A stretch of 64,000 nucleotides of DNA from assembly GCF_009914755.1 (NCBI RefSeq), contig NC_060929.1; one strand, 5' to 3'. Position numbers and translations under genes: made by a program. Position 1 is the first letter of the stretch. Each line of letters starts with the position of its first letter. The notes below the pieces were generated by a model that was not told the origin of the DNA, did no database searches, and was given only the letters and a program-made list of their open reading frames with translations. Of the stretch, positions 26,360-41,348 are shown one piece after another. The stretch is from the human T2T-CHM13v2.0 reference genome, Homo sapiens.

Positions 26360-28624
26360 CACGCATGCCCGCATGCGTGCAGAGGAAGAAGTCACAAGAC
26401 TTCATTTGCTTTACTCTTAGTTGAAAATCAAATGGAAGTTTTTCTCATGATTAGGGACGCTGTCACGAGTCTGGTCAGTTTACTGTTGGGAACTGTGTCT
26501 TTATTTCACTGTTATTAAAAACTGAGATCATTGGCCTATAAAGAAATTGAAATGTTGTTTTTAAGGTCCTTGCAATTTTCCTAAGTCATTAATATTACCT
26601 GACTGGGGCTATTTAACAATAATCTTCGTTTACACATTTAAATAAGCAAGTATCTACCCAGGACTGCTTTTTCCACTGATCCTTCCCAATTCTGTGAATA
26701 TTCAACATCATTGAACAGATTGAGACATATCTACTGAATGCCAGTTATGCAACAAGCATTTTAACCAAGAAGGGTATGAGTAGCTATGGAATTCCAAGGT
26801 CCAAGCCCCCTTATTTTTCAATGACTTGCCTTCCCCAACCCCCATAATGCACACCACCACCACCATCACTTTCTGGAACCATCACCAACTCTTGGACTAG
26901 AGCTTATGTTGAAGCTTGTTAGGGCTCCTCTTTCCGTAGGATGTAGACTTGCCTCCCCAAACACGGCCATCTTCTCAAACCTCAGCTAAGTTCTTTTACC
27001 TGTTTAGATGCTATTTAAATCAGATTTCAAAGGGTCCCCAGTTGAGAAAAAGGAAAATTTTAATCTTTAATCATCTTTTTAAGTCCAGATGTTCATAAAT
27101 TCTAAAGCATATTCCTATTACGTGAATGCTTAAGTTACACAGGAAACATTCTATAACTGTAGTATTTCAATTTCAGAAATATTTAGGGTCCATAGCAATT
27201 TAAAAGAGGGAGGAAACCACTGGAGCATTCTAATTTTGTATCACAAACTTCCTAAAGGACCTATATGAATAAAGAGAAAACAACAAATCCTACCAGCTGT
27301 ACAGAGAGCAACAGGGAAATTTGGCCTCTGTATCACTGTCCAGCATTATTTAAAGCTAGGATTTAGGAAGGCAGCAGGAATTATTTGGCAGATTTGGAAG
27401 GATAGTTTCGTTAAGTGAACTTTCTACTTTTTTGGTGGTTATGTCAAAGAATTTTTTTCCTCTTCTCAAAAATAGGCTTCCCATGAAAGTATTGGATGCA
27501 AATGAAACAGGCATACATCTAAAGATATCTTTGGAGAATAAATCCTTACAAGTCACAGAACTAGGTCACACACATTAGTAAGTCAAAAGTTGGAAATTAG
27601 GGGAGAGAGCATTTGGAATGCTTTAAGCATTTCCATGTTATTTCTCACCTTCCTAGTTGAAGATCCACTAATCAGTAGTACATTTCTACTTTGGTGCCCT
27701 ACAAAGCAAACCTTAGCATAGTAAAGACAAGAAAACATTAATGTTTTATTAGTTTTTAATGGGGCAACCAACTTCAAAATCACAGGAATTACAGTGACGG
27801 GAGAGAAAGAAGCAGGAGGCATAAAAACAGATTTGTTTGTAGCAGTAGTCTGTTTGTACAATGTTATAATATTTCTGTAACTTGGGCCAGAATGTGGCCA
27901 TGTTAAATGATATAGCTATTAAGCTCACTTTTACAATCTAAAAGGAACTAATAAAGCCAGGAAACCCTTCTCATCCTCCTTCACAGTCCTCATCCCACAC
28001 ATAGATGTAAAAAGCTTAGAAAGAATATTCTGATGGCTTTTTCAGAAGGAAGGACCTTGATGTGTGTATTGTGGTAAAATGAAAAGCAAAATGAGACAGT
28101 ATTTAAAAGTGAAAGAGCAGAGTTTTGCTCTGCTGAAAACCCCTTCCCTGAAGAACTGATTGCTGTTGAAGTTAATTGGCCCTTAGACGGGAAGCCCTAA
28201 GCCAAGCTCCCACTTACACAGTGTCAAACATCCCGAAGTGGAAACATTTTATGCCAGTCAGGGGAGAGACAGGCAACAATAGCCCAAATGTCATTGCCAA
28301 GAAACATCTGATACTTTCTAATTTCTAAACCCTAATGGAAGTGAAGCCTTTTTCATTGATTCTCAGTTCTGAAACTCCCACCCTGTTAGGATTTCCATTC
28401 CAAATAATTCAATGAGAGGTTTCCAGAGAAACAGTCACAGAGCTCAAGAGAAAGAACACTTAAATGCTCCTGCTGTAATTGCATCAAAAAATCCGGGTTT
28501 TAACATCAAATTTGGCAAATGGTGGGACCAACCCAAGGTTAACTAAGTGGGCTTTCATTGGCATTGAGCTATGTTACTTATAAATTATAACACTATAGTT
28601 CCAAGGTTTTTCAGCCTTTTGGCC

Positions 28625-28625
<1 letters not shown>

Positions 28626-28673
<48 letters not shown>
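28626..28673 (+). repeat. (AC)24 in the 3' UTR
   Basis: Direct reading. Confidence 0.95.
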
Positions 28674-28675
<2 letters not shown>

Positions 28676-31600
28676 TACCATCATCTATCAATAGTCTAAA
28701 TACATAAATAAATGCAGGTCATTTTTATCAATGGCCTAACTAAATTTATATTTAAAAGAACAAGACTTTTAAAAAGTACATACTCCTGTTGGTTTGTAAG
28801 TTATACACATTTATCTCTTGTCTTTGATTTAATTAAATTAGTGTTTTAAGTATGAATTTATTTTCCTTTGCTACTCATTACCTGACCACTTTCACTCCTC
28901 TAGATACCCTTAGGAATAAACCTGAACTGTTCCAAATCGATTCTTCCAAGAGCTTTGGTGTTGGTACCTTCCTTTCTTTTCCTAATGCAACTGAAAAATT
29001 AGACTGAAAATTATTTGACTTAAATAGCCATCCTCAGAGTGAATCAGCATTTCAGTTTTTGGAGATGGGGATGGAAGTAGAAGGTGCACAAAGCGTCCTA
29101 AGATGGCAGTTTGAATGTTAGCATCGCATCTACATGCTCATAAGAGGAATTGCTTCAGGACAATGAATCAGTTCATTGTTGCTGCCCCCAGTGAACAGCT
29201 CCAACTGCCTTGATGAACTTCTAATGACTGTGAAAGCTAGGAGGTTCTTCTAGTTCCTCCTTAGGGTCACTTGAAGTTCAGTATTTTTTTGCTGCCTGGT
29301 AACTAAGTGCTAAGATTTTTACTTGGAAAGAAAACTATGACAATGCCTTCAGTTGTAGCAGAAAGTTGTGGCATTGTGATAATAAACAAAATCTACAAAG
29401 TTACAACCCAAATTATACAAGACATCAAAACACTCAGTAAACAAATATATATTTCACCTACTTAAATCTTATTCATATTAATTATAGGCCTTTTGTTTAG
29501 TACACTGGTTATTTTTTAAGGAACCAATTTAAACTTTCAATTTTAAATACATCTATGCTGACGATAGACTTTTGGGTATATACAACCTTCTTCTTCTCTT
29601 TTAAAAGTTAAATACATTCCACTATTAACTGAACTTCCATGAAGCAACATTAATTTTAGAGCATGGTAGTCCATAATCAGTGGTTCATTGTGATGTGCTT
29701 TATCCAACATGTATCTTAGTGCATGGTTGAGGATGTACTATGTGATATTTTAGTTAACAGTGTGGCATTTGTGGGACTATATTAAAAGCATATCCAAACT
29801 ACCAAGCTATACCAAGCTGAGGTAGGTAACACCTGCATGTGAAAAACTGTGATATGAATCTTATTTATAAAAAAGTCATAACTAAAACCCTTCTAGACCA
29901 AAAAGTTACTGTGTGTTTGTTAATAATCTTCATAGTACTATTGGAATGCTCAATCAGTTATTTTTGGTGTGGCATACTTCAGAGCTGGCCTGTCCGTCTG
30001 AAGAACCCTTTCTCTCACAATTACAGTTTGCATGACTAGAACCCGGAACTCTGTTCCTTTGCGTGTATAGTCACTTAGTGTGCTGTCCGGGTGCCACATG
30101 AGCAACTACACCCATGTGGCCTTTCTGTCACTCCCTGGAAAATGCAACCTCTACAGCTCTGCTCAGCTCTGCCTGTGTGCATTGATTACCTTCGCTTTAG
30201 TAGTTTGCCTGTAAAATGGTGAAGTCTTTCTGATATGCTGAACCTTTGAGCCAGCTTTTGGGAGTTCTTCATATTTTAGGTGAATTTTTGACCAAAGTCA
30301 ATTAAAGACATAAACCTGTTTTATATCATGGAATTTACTGGGCCAAATTAAGTAAAAGATGAAGTTTATGACCAGAATAAAAAAGCCTTTACCCCTGCAC
30401 AGCACTGTATCTAAAGGGCTCTAGGTTGTAGAAATATAGTACCCCCTAACAGGGAAAAACCAAGTTGGGGGATTTATCTAAAATGTATCTACCTATTGTT
30501 ACTGGTATTTCACAAATAATTTTTTTCTTAAAAATATTTACAGAAATGCTTGACACTCCGGTCAAATAATATTTCCCTTTGATAGATTGAAATATTTGCT
30601 TTTAGATTACACATACAGTGCTGCCCTTCTCAACAGTCACTCACACGCTCACTCGCCTGTACAAAGGTATCAGGTAAACACTGATACTTTTTTTTAAGAA
30701 GGCAAAATTCCATCTATGGTGCTTTCTCAGTGCTAGGGAAAAGGGAGCTTTTACTATGTTCCAGCTATAACTCACATCTTACTTATAAGGTCCATAAAAT
30801 CGGTTCTTCACACTGATTTCGTTTGATTAGTCTGTGCATGTAATTAATTTCCTCCAAACAGAGAGAGTGGAGGGGAAATAAATTTTGCAAGCATTCTAGA
30901 TAACAGAAATGAGTCATTTTAAAACCTCACTCAGAGCTCGAGTTAAGATCAGACCATCTAGCTAGTGGACAAATTGAACTTTCTATTTGCAGTTCTCTTT
31001 TACTTTCTGACTTTCTTTTAAATTACTGCAGTTTTTCAAAACACTATCCTCATGGAATGACAGGACCAAGAATAGAAAATGAGACTCAAATTTCACCATT
31101 TACTTCCCATCAGCAACCATTACTGGTGGAGTTTCAAACAGTCATTACTTGCTGAAATGAGGTTTGAGGTTACCTGTGTATTTCATTCACCTGTGTTAAT
31201 ATTTCCTTCATCGTGGACAAGTGAGAGTTGGCTGTGGCTTTATTTCTTGAGGCAAATTATTTTGCATTCATGTTATTTGGGGCTAGGTATTGCTTAGGTT
31301 CGTGAATGCTGTTCTTACAGACACAGATGGTACCTGAGCCCCTCAGACACCTGCCCTTTCAGGGACGTTAGCATGACTTACATCTGTCAAGTGGTTCCAT
31401 ACTTCTTGTAAAAGTAAAGTTTGGGTATTGTTTGCTGTATCAATATGATGGCTTTCCATGCATTGTCTCATTATCCCTAGGATACGTGCTAAAGGAAAAC
31501 TGTCCTGTAATTCCTGTTAATATATTGTTAATGTCAGACGTGATGTGATACTGTTGGACTGTCCAAATGTACAACAATTTAATGGTGTTTGTAGAACTGA

Positions 31601-32974
31601 TATGTCTTAAATGTTGCATGAAATATGTTATAAAAATAGATTTGTTTTCTATTTTCAACACCTCAGAATTGAGGGTTCATGGGCCAATAAGTGCAATATT
31701 TAATGACTCACTCAGTGTATATAAACTAGTATGAAAGAGTGAATTATAATGAATGTGTGAGATGCTTTGATAGCTGTGTGACTTATTCAAATGATTTTCT
31801 TGTAGCTGTATTTGTCTAGTGGTGCAATTTATACAGTAAATATCTTATTGGTGTCATGTAAAACCCCTCTGTGCCTACTTCAAAATACTTTTTTCTTATA
31901 AAACCAAACATTTAGTATCTGGAAATATGTGTCAATTTTATCTCTTAGAATTGTGGATTTTATTGTCAAGACAGAATGGCTGTTCATTTATTTTATAAAA
32001 GCATCTCCTTCTATAACTCAAAATTGTCTTTAAGTGTCATATAAAAGTGTACATTTTACTTTTAAGCAACTAATTTAGATACCTAAGAAAAACTATGTGC
32101 ATTAGGAAAAGTCATGTTTTTCTTCTCAGAAAGGTTGATCACATGATATGTCTACTAAGAATTTTCACCTCTGTACTTGTATGTATATTTTATTGTTACT
32201 CAATCTTGTATTTTATTTACAAATTCAACACTGTCAACCCTGGGAATTCTAAAATACCAATGTATTTTTAGGTTGTAGCTAATGTTGTATTCACTTTCAA
32301 TTCTCAGTTGTCCACACTGGTGATATAAGAGGAACAAATCAGAATCATTAAATACTTTGTAATGCCATCATAAACTCATATATTCATCCTCAAACTCCCT
32401 TGTTTAATGCTAATTGGTGGCCTGGAACTTCACTGAGATGCAAAATCAAGAACTGAAGCCTAGTTGCTAGATAACAAAAAGCTATAAATGTTTATGTATG
32501 TGAATTTTAAATTAGAATAACCGTCTTAAACTCCTACTTGCCATTTCTAAGGCAAAGCATTCATTTTAATATTGTACTTTGCCTTTTCATTCAGTTAGTG
32601 GAGTAAGTCATGAAACCCTTAGGAAGAAAAACAAGTTATGACTTATTCACTAAAATTGATGCAAGACAGTTGGTTCTAGATGACCATGGCCATGTGTTCA
32701 TCATATAAAACCTTCAGTTCTCTCTATGGTGCTTGGCTGGAGATTGACATGTGAGGATGTGCCAATCATATTAAATGGATTTGGTCTATGTGGGTGATAT
32801 GTGGCCTGAATGTAACTGTGATAGACTGAAATTTGTTCTTAGCTCTCAAAATCCACTGAAGAAGTCAAGTGAAGGTGGGTAAAATAGGGAGATTAGTGAC
32901 AACTTTGTGCCAAATTTTTTAAAAAATGGAAGCAGGTAGCCAATATTAGAATGATAATTTAAGGGTGTGGTTGA

Positions 32975-33280
32975 ATTTTAGTTAGTTGTCACATAGTTAT
33001 TGAACCTCATATGCTCAGTGCTGTGGGAATCAAACATGGAAGAGGTATGGCTCCTGCCCCTAATGAGAACAAGGGGGAAAAATCCAGATATAATCTAAAT
33101 GCTAGGTTATGTCAGGGTATAGGAACACAGAGAATGGGGGACCTGTAAGAACTGGAAGAGTCAGAGAGGGCTCCATTGAAGAGGTCAAACATAATTCCGG
33201 AAAGAATTAGGTAGTGAGGAGATTGTGCCAGGAAAATAAGTGGGAAAGGCCACAGTTATGTTTCCTTTGAATGGAAGAGA
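32975..33280 (-). mobile_element. Old L2 fragment within the 3' UTR
   Basis: tagttattgaacctcatatgctcagtgctgtggg...ggctcctgcccctaatgag, a reverse L2 tail pattern. Confidence 0.45.
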
Positions 33281-33959
33281 GACAAAGCTATCAGCTATAG
33301 ATCATTGTTTTCTTAAGACAGCCAAACTGGCCCTTTGAAACCATTCAAATTACCCCAGTTTAGCTCCCTACCTTTTAGTCTCCGTGAGGAAGACAAGCTG
33401 TTGCATTATCATATTCCTCTGTGCTGAGCAGCTCAAGACTCAGCCACAATATGCAAATTGCTTTAATGCCATATTACGGCAGTTGATTTAGACATTTGCC
33501 AGTGCACCAAACCATGAGAGATTGTCCGACCTAATGCCACCTGGCAGATGTGTACCCAGAGATTTTTCTGTAGCTCCATGTTTCCCATAAAGGGCATTGG
33601 AAATGCACAGATGAAGATCTTCCTTTGGAACCAGGCACATTTGGCCCCTTCTCAGTGACTGCACTGTGGAACTCTTCTTAAGAAAATATTGAAAACAGCT
33701 TAATGCTTTCATATAGTGACCGACATTTAGTTGAAAACTACTGCTGCATAGCAAATATTGTGACTCTTCATGTGTCCACAGGAGCTCTTGTGTGGGTTTA
33801 AAGCTATGAAGTGTATTCACATTGTGAAGTTTTAATTATCTTTATTGAAATTAATTGTGTAAAAATGGTATGTGCTCTATTAGGTATTCAGTTTGTATGT
33901 GAATTCTATATAGAAAGTGGTTTTTGTTCTTTGAGTTTGTTTTATTTCTTGAAGATTAC

Positions 33960-33965
33960 AATAAA
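33960..33965 (+). terminator. RAB3C: Distal polyadenylation signal AATAAA
   Basis: AATAAA with upstream UGUA elements (about 33857 and 33894), a U-rich upstream tract and U-rich downstream sequence. Confidence 0.75.
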
Positions 33966-34905
33966 TATCTAAGAGACTATATTCCTGAATTTCTTAGCCT
34001 TAGTCTGATTAATGTTTTTCATCTCCTTTCAATTCATATTATTTTTCATCCTAGGATGCTTATTTCCATTTCTTCTCCCACTTCTATAATCTTAGGTACA
34101 ACACTGAGTTTGAACTGAAGATAAAGAGTGAACACATTTAGGGCTTTGAGTATCTCACACATGAATTTGGACTTAGGCACAGGAATGAATTCTAATACTT
34201 GTAATCTTTCAAGGTCGATAACTTTCTAACTGACCCAACTGACTGGGTTCCAGAGTTACAAAGCTTAGCTGTAGGATCAAGAATAGCTGCTAAGGGAGAT
34301 AAAGGTCTTCAGGTCTGCAACTTGAAGACCATGTGTCCCTAAATGAAAAGTCTAAGGTTTGATGATCACTTAGCACCCTACTGGCATAGCCCGAGGCAAG
34401 GGCGGTCAACAGAGAAAACATGTGGATGGGATGTGTGAATGGAATGGGTGTCATTTAATGCACAGTGCTTGGTGCAGTGATGATTAGGATGCCGTGCAGG
34501 ATCTCCTTGGCCATGGGCCTCAAGGCATGGGGAAGCACCCAGCTACCAATCTATTTGTATCACAGCAGACCTACTACTAATTTTGCAATCTTGTAGCATT
34601 CTACTTGTACTAACAGCACTGATTCTATGGAATTTCTTCCAAATGTTCCTCAGGGCAATTTCCAGGAAGGAGTCTGCACTGAAAATCAGTCAAGGGGGAA
34701 GGTCCCTGGAAGAGCCACATGAGTCCCATGGGTCAAATTAGCTTCCTGAACTGAACTTGGTAATAGAAGGGTAACCTCCCTGGGTAGACAAAGCAAGTAG
34801 CACTTAAGAAACCAAAAAAAAAAAAAAAAAGAAAACAATGATAATAAATTAAGGGATTTCCAGTTATATTATCAACAAATACTTACAAAATGCCTTCTAA
34901 TGCTA

Positions 34906-34964
34906 ATTTATCAGTATTTATCAGTATTTATCAGTATTTCAGTAATTTATCAGTATTTATCAGT
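34906..34964. repeat. 10-bp tandem repeat (ATTTATCAGT), about 6 copies
   Basis: Five perfect units and one variant unit. Confidence 0.9.
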
Positions 34965-35919
34965 ATACATGAAAATACATACTATAGAGTCCTGACCCTC
35001 CATGAACTTAAACCATTGTGATAGAGGAAAATGTGTAAGTTAATATCAATAAAAAACTCATCATTGATAAACTAAATATTCCTTAATATATATGTCTAAT
35101 AAATACTTAAAATGAACATTGGAAATTTGTTTCATTTCAAAAGAGCTCACAAAAATTTCCTCTTTGAAATGTTGTAAAATGCATTTTTTGGACTGTAGTC
35201 CTTTGCCCCCAGATAAATATATAACAATCAATAAAAGTCAGTTCAAAACTTAAAAAAAAAAATTAAGAGCCCAGAAAGACTTCACATGTTTCCTGATTAT
35301 TCTGAGGCTCTTGTGGCAGAACCAGATCCAACTGGTTTTAGCAGGAATCTGCCTGTACCCTATTCCCTCAAGTAATATGCCCTTAGCTTTTTTAAAATTA
35401 ATTTTAAAACATGAAGTTACTATGTGGCCACTTACTCAATAGCATTGAGACAGTAGGCACGAAACAGAAAACATCTGTCACCCTCAGAAAATGCTAAGTC
35501 ATTCTCTCCTCAACTTCCTAACAGACTTGAAAAGGACACCTTCTATATAAAAGGCCACAAAGTCTTTGCACAGTTCTCAGGGACACTCCACCTCTTGGTT
35601 CTTGGTTCTCCTCTTTCTCCTCTAACTTCTCAACCCCTCACCCAGTCCAAAGAAGCTTTAGTCTGATAGAGACTGCCTGCTCATCTTTTCTTCCTAATCT
35701 ATTGTTAATGACCTGAGTCCTTTTGAGCTAGAATTTCTCATTGTTTATTAATTCTAAATCTCAGGAAATTTTATCTAAAAATTATGTTCTCTTTTTTAAG
35801 TATTGCCTCTCCCTTAAAGCAATTCTGCTAAGTGGAAGAAAGGCAAAGGGTATAGAAAATATATGGAAAGTGAGTGTTGGATGAAAATCTGGATTAATAT
35901 TTCAAAACAATATTCTACC

Positions 35920-37500
35920 AAGCAGACAATTACAATATAATTTGATTAGTGTCAATATAGAGGTTAAACACAAGCTACTGTGAAAGCACAGAGAGAAGCA
36001 ATTATTAATCCAGATTGAAAGCAAGGGCTGGGATGTTCTGAGAAGGCCTACTAGAGGAAACAAGGACTGAGCTAAAACATACAGGAGATGTAGGAATTAT
36101 GCAGAGGCAGATGTGAGAGAAGACTGCTCCAAGCATGGGGAGCAAACCACGGAAGTTTAGCAAAGCATGGTGTATTTATGGAATTTCAAAGCCATTCACA
36201 TAGGGTGATCACAGGATGAAACAAAAGGAGAAAGAGCGAGGGCTGAGATCATAACATTTATCAGAAATGCTTTAAATGTCTAGATTTCATTCTCTAGCTG
36301 TGGGGAATTCATGAACAGATTTAAGCCAGGTAGAAGTTTGAACAGATTTGAATTTTAGAAGATCACAAAATTGGCAATATGAGAAATGAATTAAAGGGAG
36401 GCAATAACAGAAACAGAAAGAGTATTAGACAGCTATTATAGTAACCTAGAAGTTTTATCTCTAAATTAATTGCAGAATGATAGAAATGAAGAGTAGGGAA
36501 TACATGAAAGTTCACTTTAGAAGGTAAGAAATGGTGACCAGTAAGATTCGGGAAGAGGAAGAGGAAGAAACCAAAGAAGACCCTCAGGCTTCTGGCTTGG
36601 TTGATTTTGCCATTAACTAAGAGAGAAAGTACAACAGTAGCAGTAGGTTTAAAGAAAAGAGAATGAGTTCCATATCCACAGTGTTGTGATTGATATTTCT
36701 AGAGGATGTGCAAAGGATGCAACCCAGTGAACATCTGGAAGGTGCAGATCTAGAGTTCAGAAGAGAGTTCTGGAAAGTTCTAGTATGTAGATGATAACTA
36801 AGACTTGGGGAGTAGAGAAAATGACGTGCAAGAGAATGTCTCAAATGATAGAAGAGCAGAATGAGAACTAGGGCACACGATATTTATGGGCAGCCAAGGA
36901 AAACAAGTTCACAAAGAGACTTGAAAGAGGAGTGGTCAAAGGGATGGATGGAGAATCAAGTGAGAACGGGACACAAGAAGCCAAGAGAGGAGCCAGTTTT
37001 AAGAAAGAAGGAGTGATCCATATTTTTGGATGATGTAAAGTGGAATCACAATTGCCAGTCATACAAATTAGGGACACAGACACAGGACACTACTTGTGGG
37101 TGGTGGGTGAAAAGAGGATGAGGATTGGAAAATTACCTATTGGGTACTATTCTTGTTACTGAGTGACAAAACAATCTGTACACAAAACCCCCACAGCACA
37201 CAATTTACCTACACAACAAACCTGCACATGTACTCCTGAACCTAAAATAATTATTTTTAAAAGATGGAAGTTAACTTGACCGAAGCAGTTTTAGAGTAGT
37301 TATGAGGGAGAAAGAGAGATTGCACTGAATGGAGAAGTAAATGGTGATGAACAAGATGAGACACTATTCTTTCAGGTACTTTGAAAGAAAAATAAAAGAG
37401 AAGGTTATTGAATGAGGGTAGTCTAAGGAGGGTTTTATTTCCATATAAGAGTCTTATATATCCCTATATGTTTTTAAAAGCCAATAAAGGTAGAGTTTGA
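35920..37500 (-). mobile_element. Long fragmented L2
   Basis: Purine-rich reverse L2 motifs (gatttgaattttagaagatcac, caggcttctggcttgg, atgagttccat). Confidence 0.6.
37072..37263 (+). mobile_element. L1PA/PB 3' end inserted in L2
   Basis: aaaattacctattgggtactat...aacaaacctgcacatgtactcctgaacctaaaata. Confidence 0.85.
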
Positions 37501-38974
37501 AGATACAAGCAAAAATTGCTATCTTCTCCATCCAAGTCTTATTTTTCCTTTCTACTGTTGTTCCTATCTCCTCTACCCCCTTCCTATGCATCTTATTAAT
37601 GTTTCCTATGCACTTATCTCAAGCTAATTGATTTTGTCCTCTCCTGATACTTTTACTTATCTGTAGGGCATGGAGCTTGCAACAACCACTAATAGTGAAA
37701 TCAACAATAGCTATCTTTCTTGAGGTCCATATTGTGACAGACACTTAAATTTATTTATTTATTTCTTATGATTTTCACCAAGAAAAAGACTATCTCATCT
37801 CAACAGTGATGGATACATCGTTAATGTAATAGAATCCAGAAAGCAGTCAGTTAAGTGGCTGGCAGGCCAAACTGAGCTGCGATTTTAAATCTCACCAAAT
37901 CACAAACCTGTTTGCAGGAGGAGGGAAGGTGATCGTGTTTCTGAAAAGTTGGCAGCTGCTCCTTTAAACTTTTTTTCTCCACTCATTGGGATACACCAGG
38001 TGTGATGCATTCCCTACGGCCAATATCACTTTAGAGCAAGTATAAATTAGCATACTCTTCAACATCTTTTTGCTCTTGCCTCTATTCATAGAACAGAAAA
38101 GTCAAAAGACAGGGTCATCTAATGGAGAACAAGCCAAAATTAAAAGGACACTTAAAAATAGAACTTTGGAGGGAGGAGTTATGTTGGTAATGAAAATTCT
38201 GGAAACTGACATATAACCACAGGCTTAGCAAGAAAAAAGACGGCTTTCATAAAAGACGGTCTGTTGACACTTGAGCTAAGAGGGAAGTCAAGCTTTGCAA
38301 TGGAAGCTGGGAGGGGAGGGAGAGAGTATTTTTTACTGATAAGAGATTTGAGAGTATAAGCAAGAAGTGAAAAGCTGGTTTCTTAGAAGGGGGTCTTAGA
38401 AATTATTAGATTCTTGGGTGCCATGAATTCAAATCCTAGAGCAATACGTTAGGGTTTTCACAAAAATACTCTGAAGATTTTGTTTGCATATTATCAAAAA
38501 CCGAATGCAACCTGAAGAAGACACTCACAAAATCTCTCTTCTTCTCTTGTTCTAGTTTAAAATACAATTACTCTTAAGGCATACTATACATTTGCTGGCA
38601 CTTTCCTTAACAGTCACTCTCCTAACATTATTACAACTCTGTAAAAGATATTTTAATGTTTTTTTTTATGTGTCTGCTCTTAAACAGTAAGGGTCTAGAA
38701 GGTTGTTTTTGTTGTTGCTGTTTTGTTTTGTTTAGTTTTTTTGTATTGTCAGTAGAAAAGACAAAAGATTCTTCTGAGGGCAGTGTGCCATAGAAAAATA
38801 TAATAACAATTCTTTGGGATTTATTATTTGTTTTCTCCATTTGATCTCTAGGCCAGACTCATAAATATAATGGTTTTAGCCAGAAACAACCTATCCTTGG
38901 ATTTAAAATGTAAATTATTCAGTATTAAGAACACCCTAAATTCAACCCATGATCTCATCATTAGAACCAAGTAC

Positions 38975-40425
<1,451 letters not shown>

Positions 40426-40429
40426 AATG

Positions 40430-40873
40430 ATGGACAAATTCAGCTCCTTATGATTGTAGGAATGAGGTCCCTAGTTCCTTGCAGGCTGTCACCCAAGGAC
40501 AGTCTTTGCTCCTGGAGTCTTGTCTATGCACCTTCTCATGCTTTTGATGAGCTCCAAGAGGCCTCCCTCCAGTCATCACCGTTATATCCCAGCACCAGCA
40601 ACAGTATGTCAAATAACTTACAACCTTGGAACCTCGCTGACTCCCTCTTCTGCTGCATCCATTCTGCTTTCCTCTTCCTACTTCCTCTTCTGCTTTTAAA
40701 GGCTCGTATGATTACACTGGACCCACCTGGATAATCCAGAACAATCACCATAGTTTCAGATCCATAGTCTTAATCACAATTGCAAAATCCCTTTTGCCAT
40801 GTAATGGGACATATCCACAGGTTCCAGGGATTAAAGAACATCTTTAATATGTGCCATTATTATGCCTACCACA
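40430..40873 (-). mobile_element. MLT1 (ERVL-MaLR) LTR, MLT1E-like, partial
   Basis: ggacccacctggataatccag...gcaaaatcccttttgccatgtaa...gcctaccaca. Confidence 0.75.
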
Positions 40874-40874
40874 C

Positions 40875-41348
40875 ACCTTTACACAATTCCCTCCCCTTCG
40901 TTGTGGAATGGATTTAGCAAATAGAATGCAGCAGAGACTATGAGATGTCCTTTGCAAGATTCGGTTATAAAAGACTGCAGCTTCCACTTTTGGACATTCT
41001 CATTCTTTCTTGACTTCTCATTCTGGGGAAGCCAGCTGCTATGTATTGAGGCAGACACACAGTGGAGAAAGCCATGGGATTCAGTTTGGAAGCAGATCTT
41101 CTTAAGCCTGGTAACAGCCAATGAATGAATTTGGAAGCAGATCTATCCTAAGTTGAACCTTGAGAAATCTGCTGGTCCAGCCAACAACTTAATTACATTC
41201 TTATAAGAGACTCTGAGCCTGAAATACCCAGCTAACCTACTCCTGGATTCTCAATCTACAGAATCTGTGAGATAATGTGTTTTGTTTTATTATATTCAGC
41301 GGTTATAATCTGGAATAATTCATTATGCTGCAATAGATAATGAATGCA
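40875..41348 (+). mobile_element. MLT1 LTR, MLT1F-like, partial
   Basis: ggggaagccagctgctatgt...gagactctgagcc...ttatgctgcaatagataatgaatgca. Confidence 0.75.

Larger units (their letters stand above)
25949..33990 (+). other. RAB3C: RAB3C long 3' UTR (about 8 kb)
   Basis: No Alu or L1 over 8 kb, unlike both flanks; U-rich blocks; ends at a well-formed poly(A) site. The exact end is inferred. Confidence 0.75.

Noticed and set aside
34906-34964. Tandem 10-mer array considered as CRISPR-like or a binding-site array
   Set aside because: No spacers; a simple slippage repeat within an L2 tail remnant in a eukaryotic genome.
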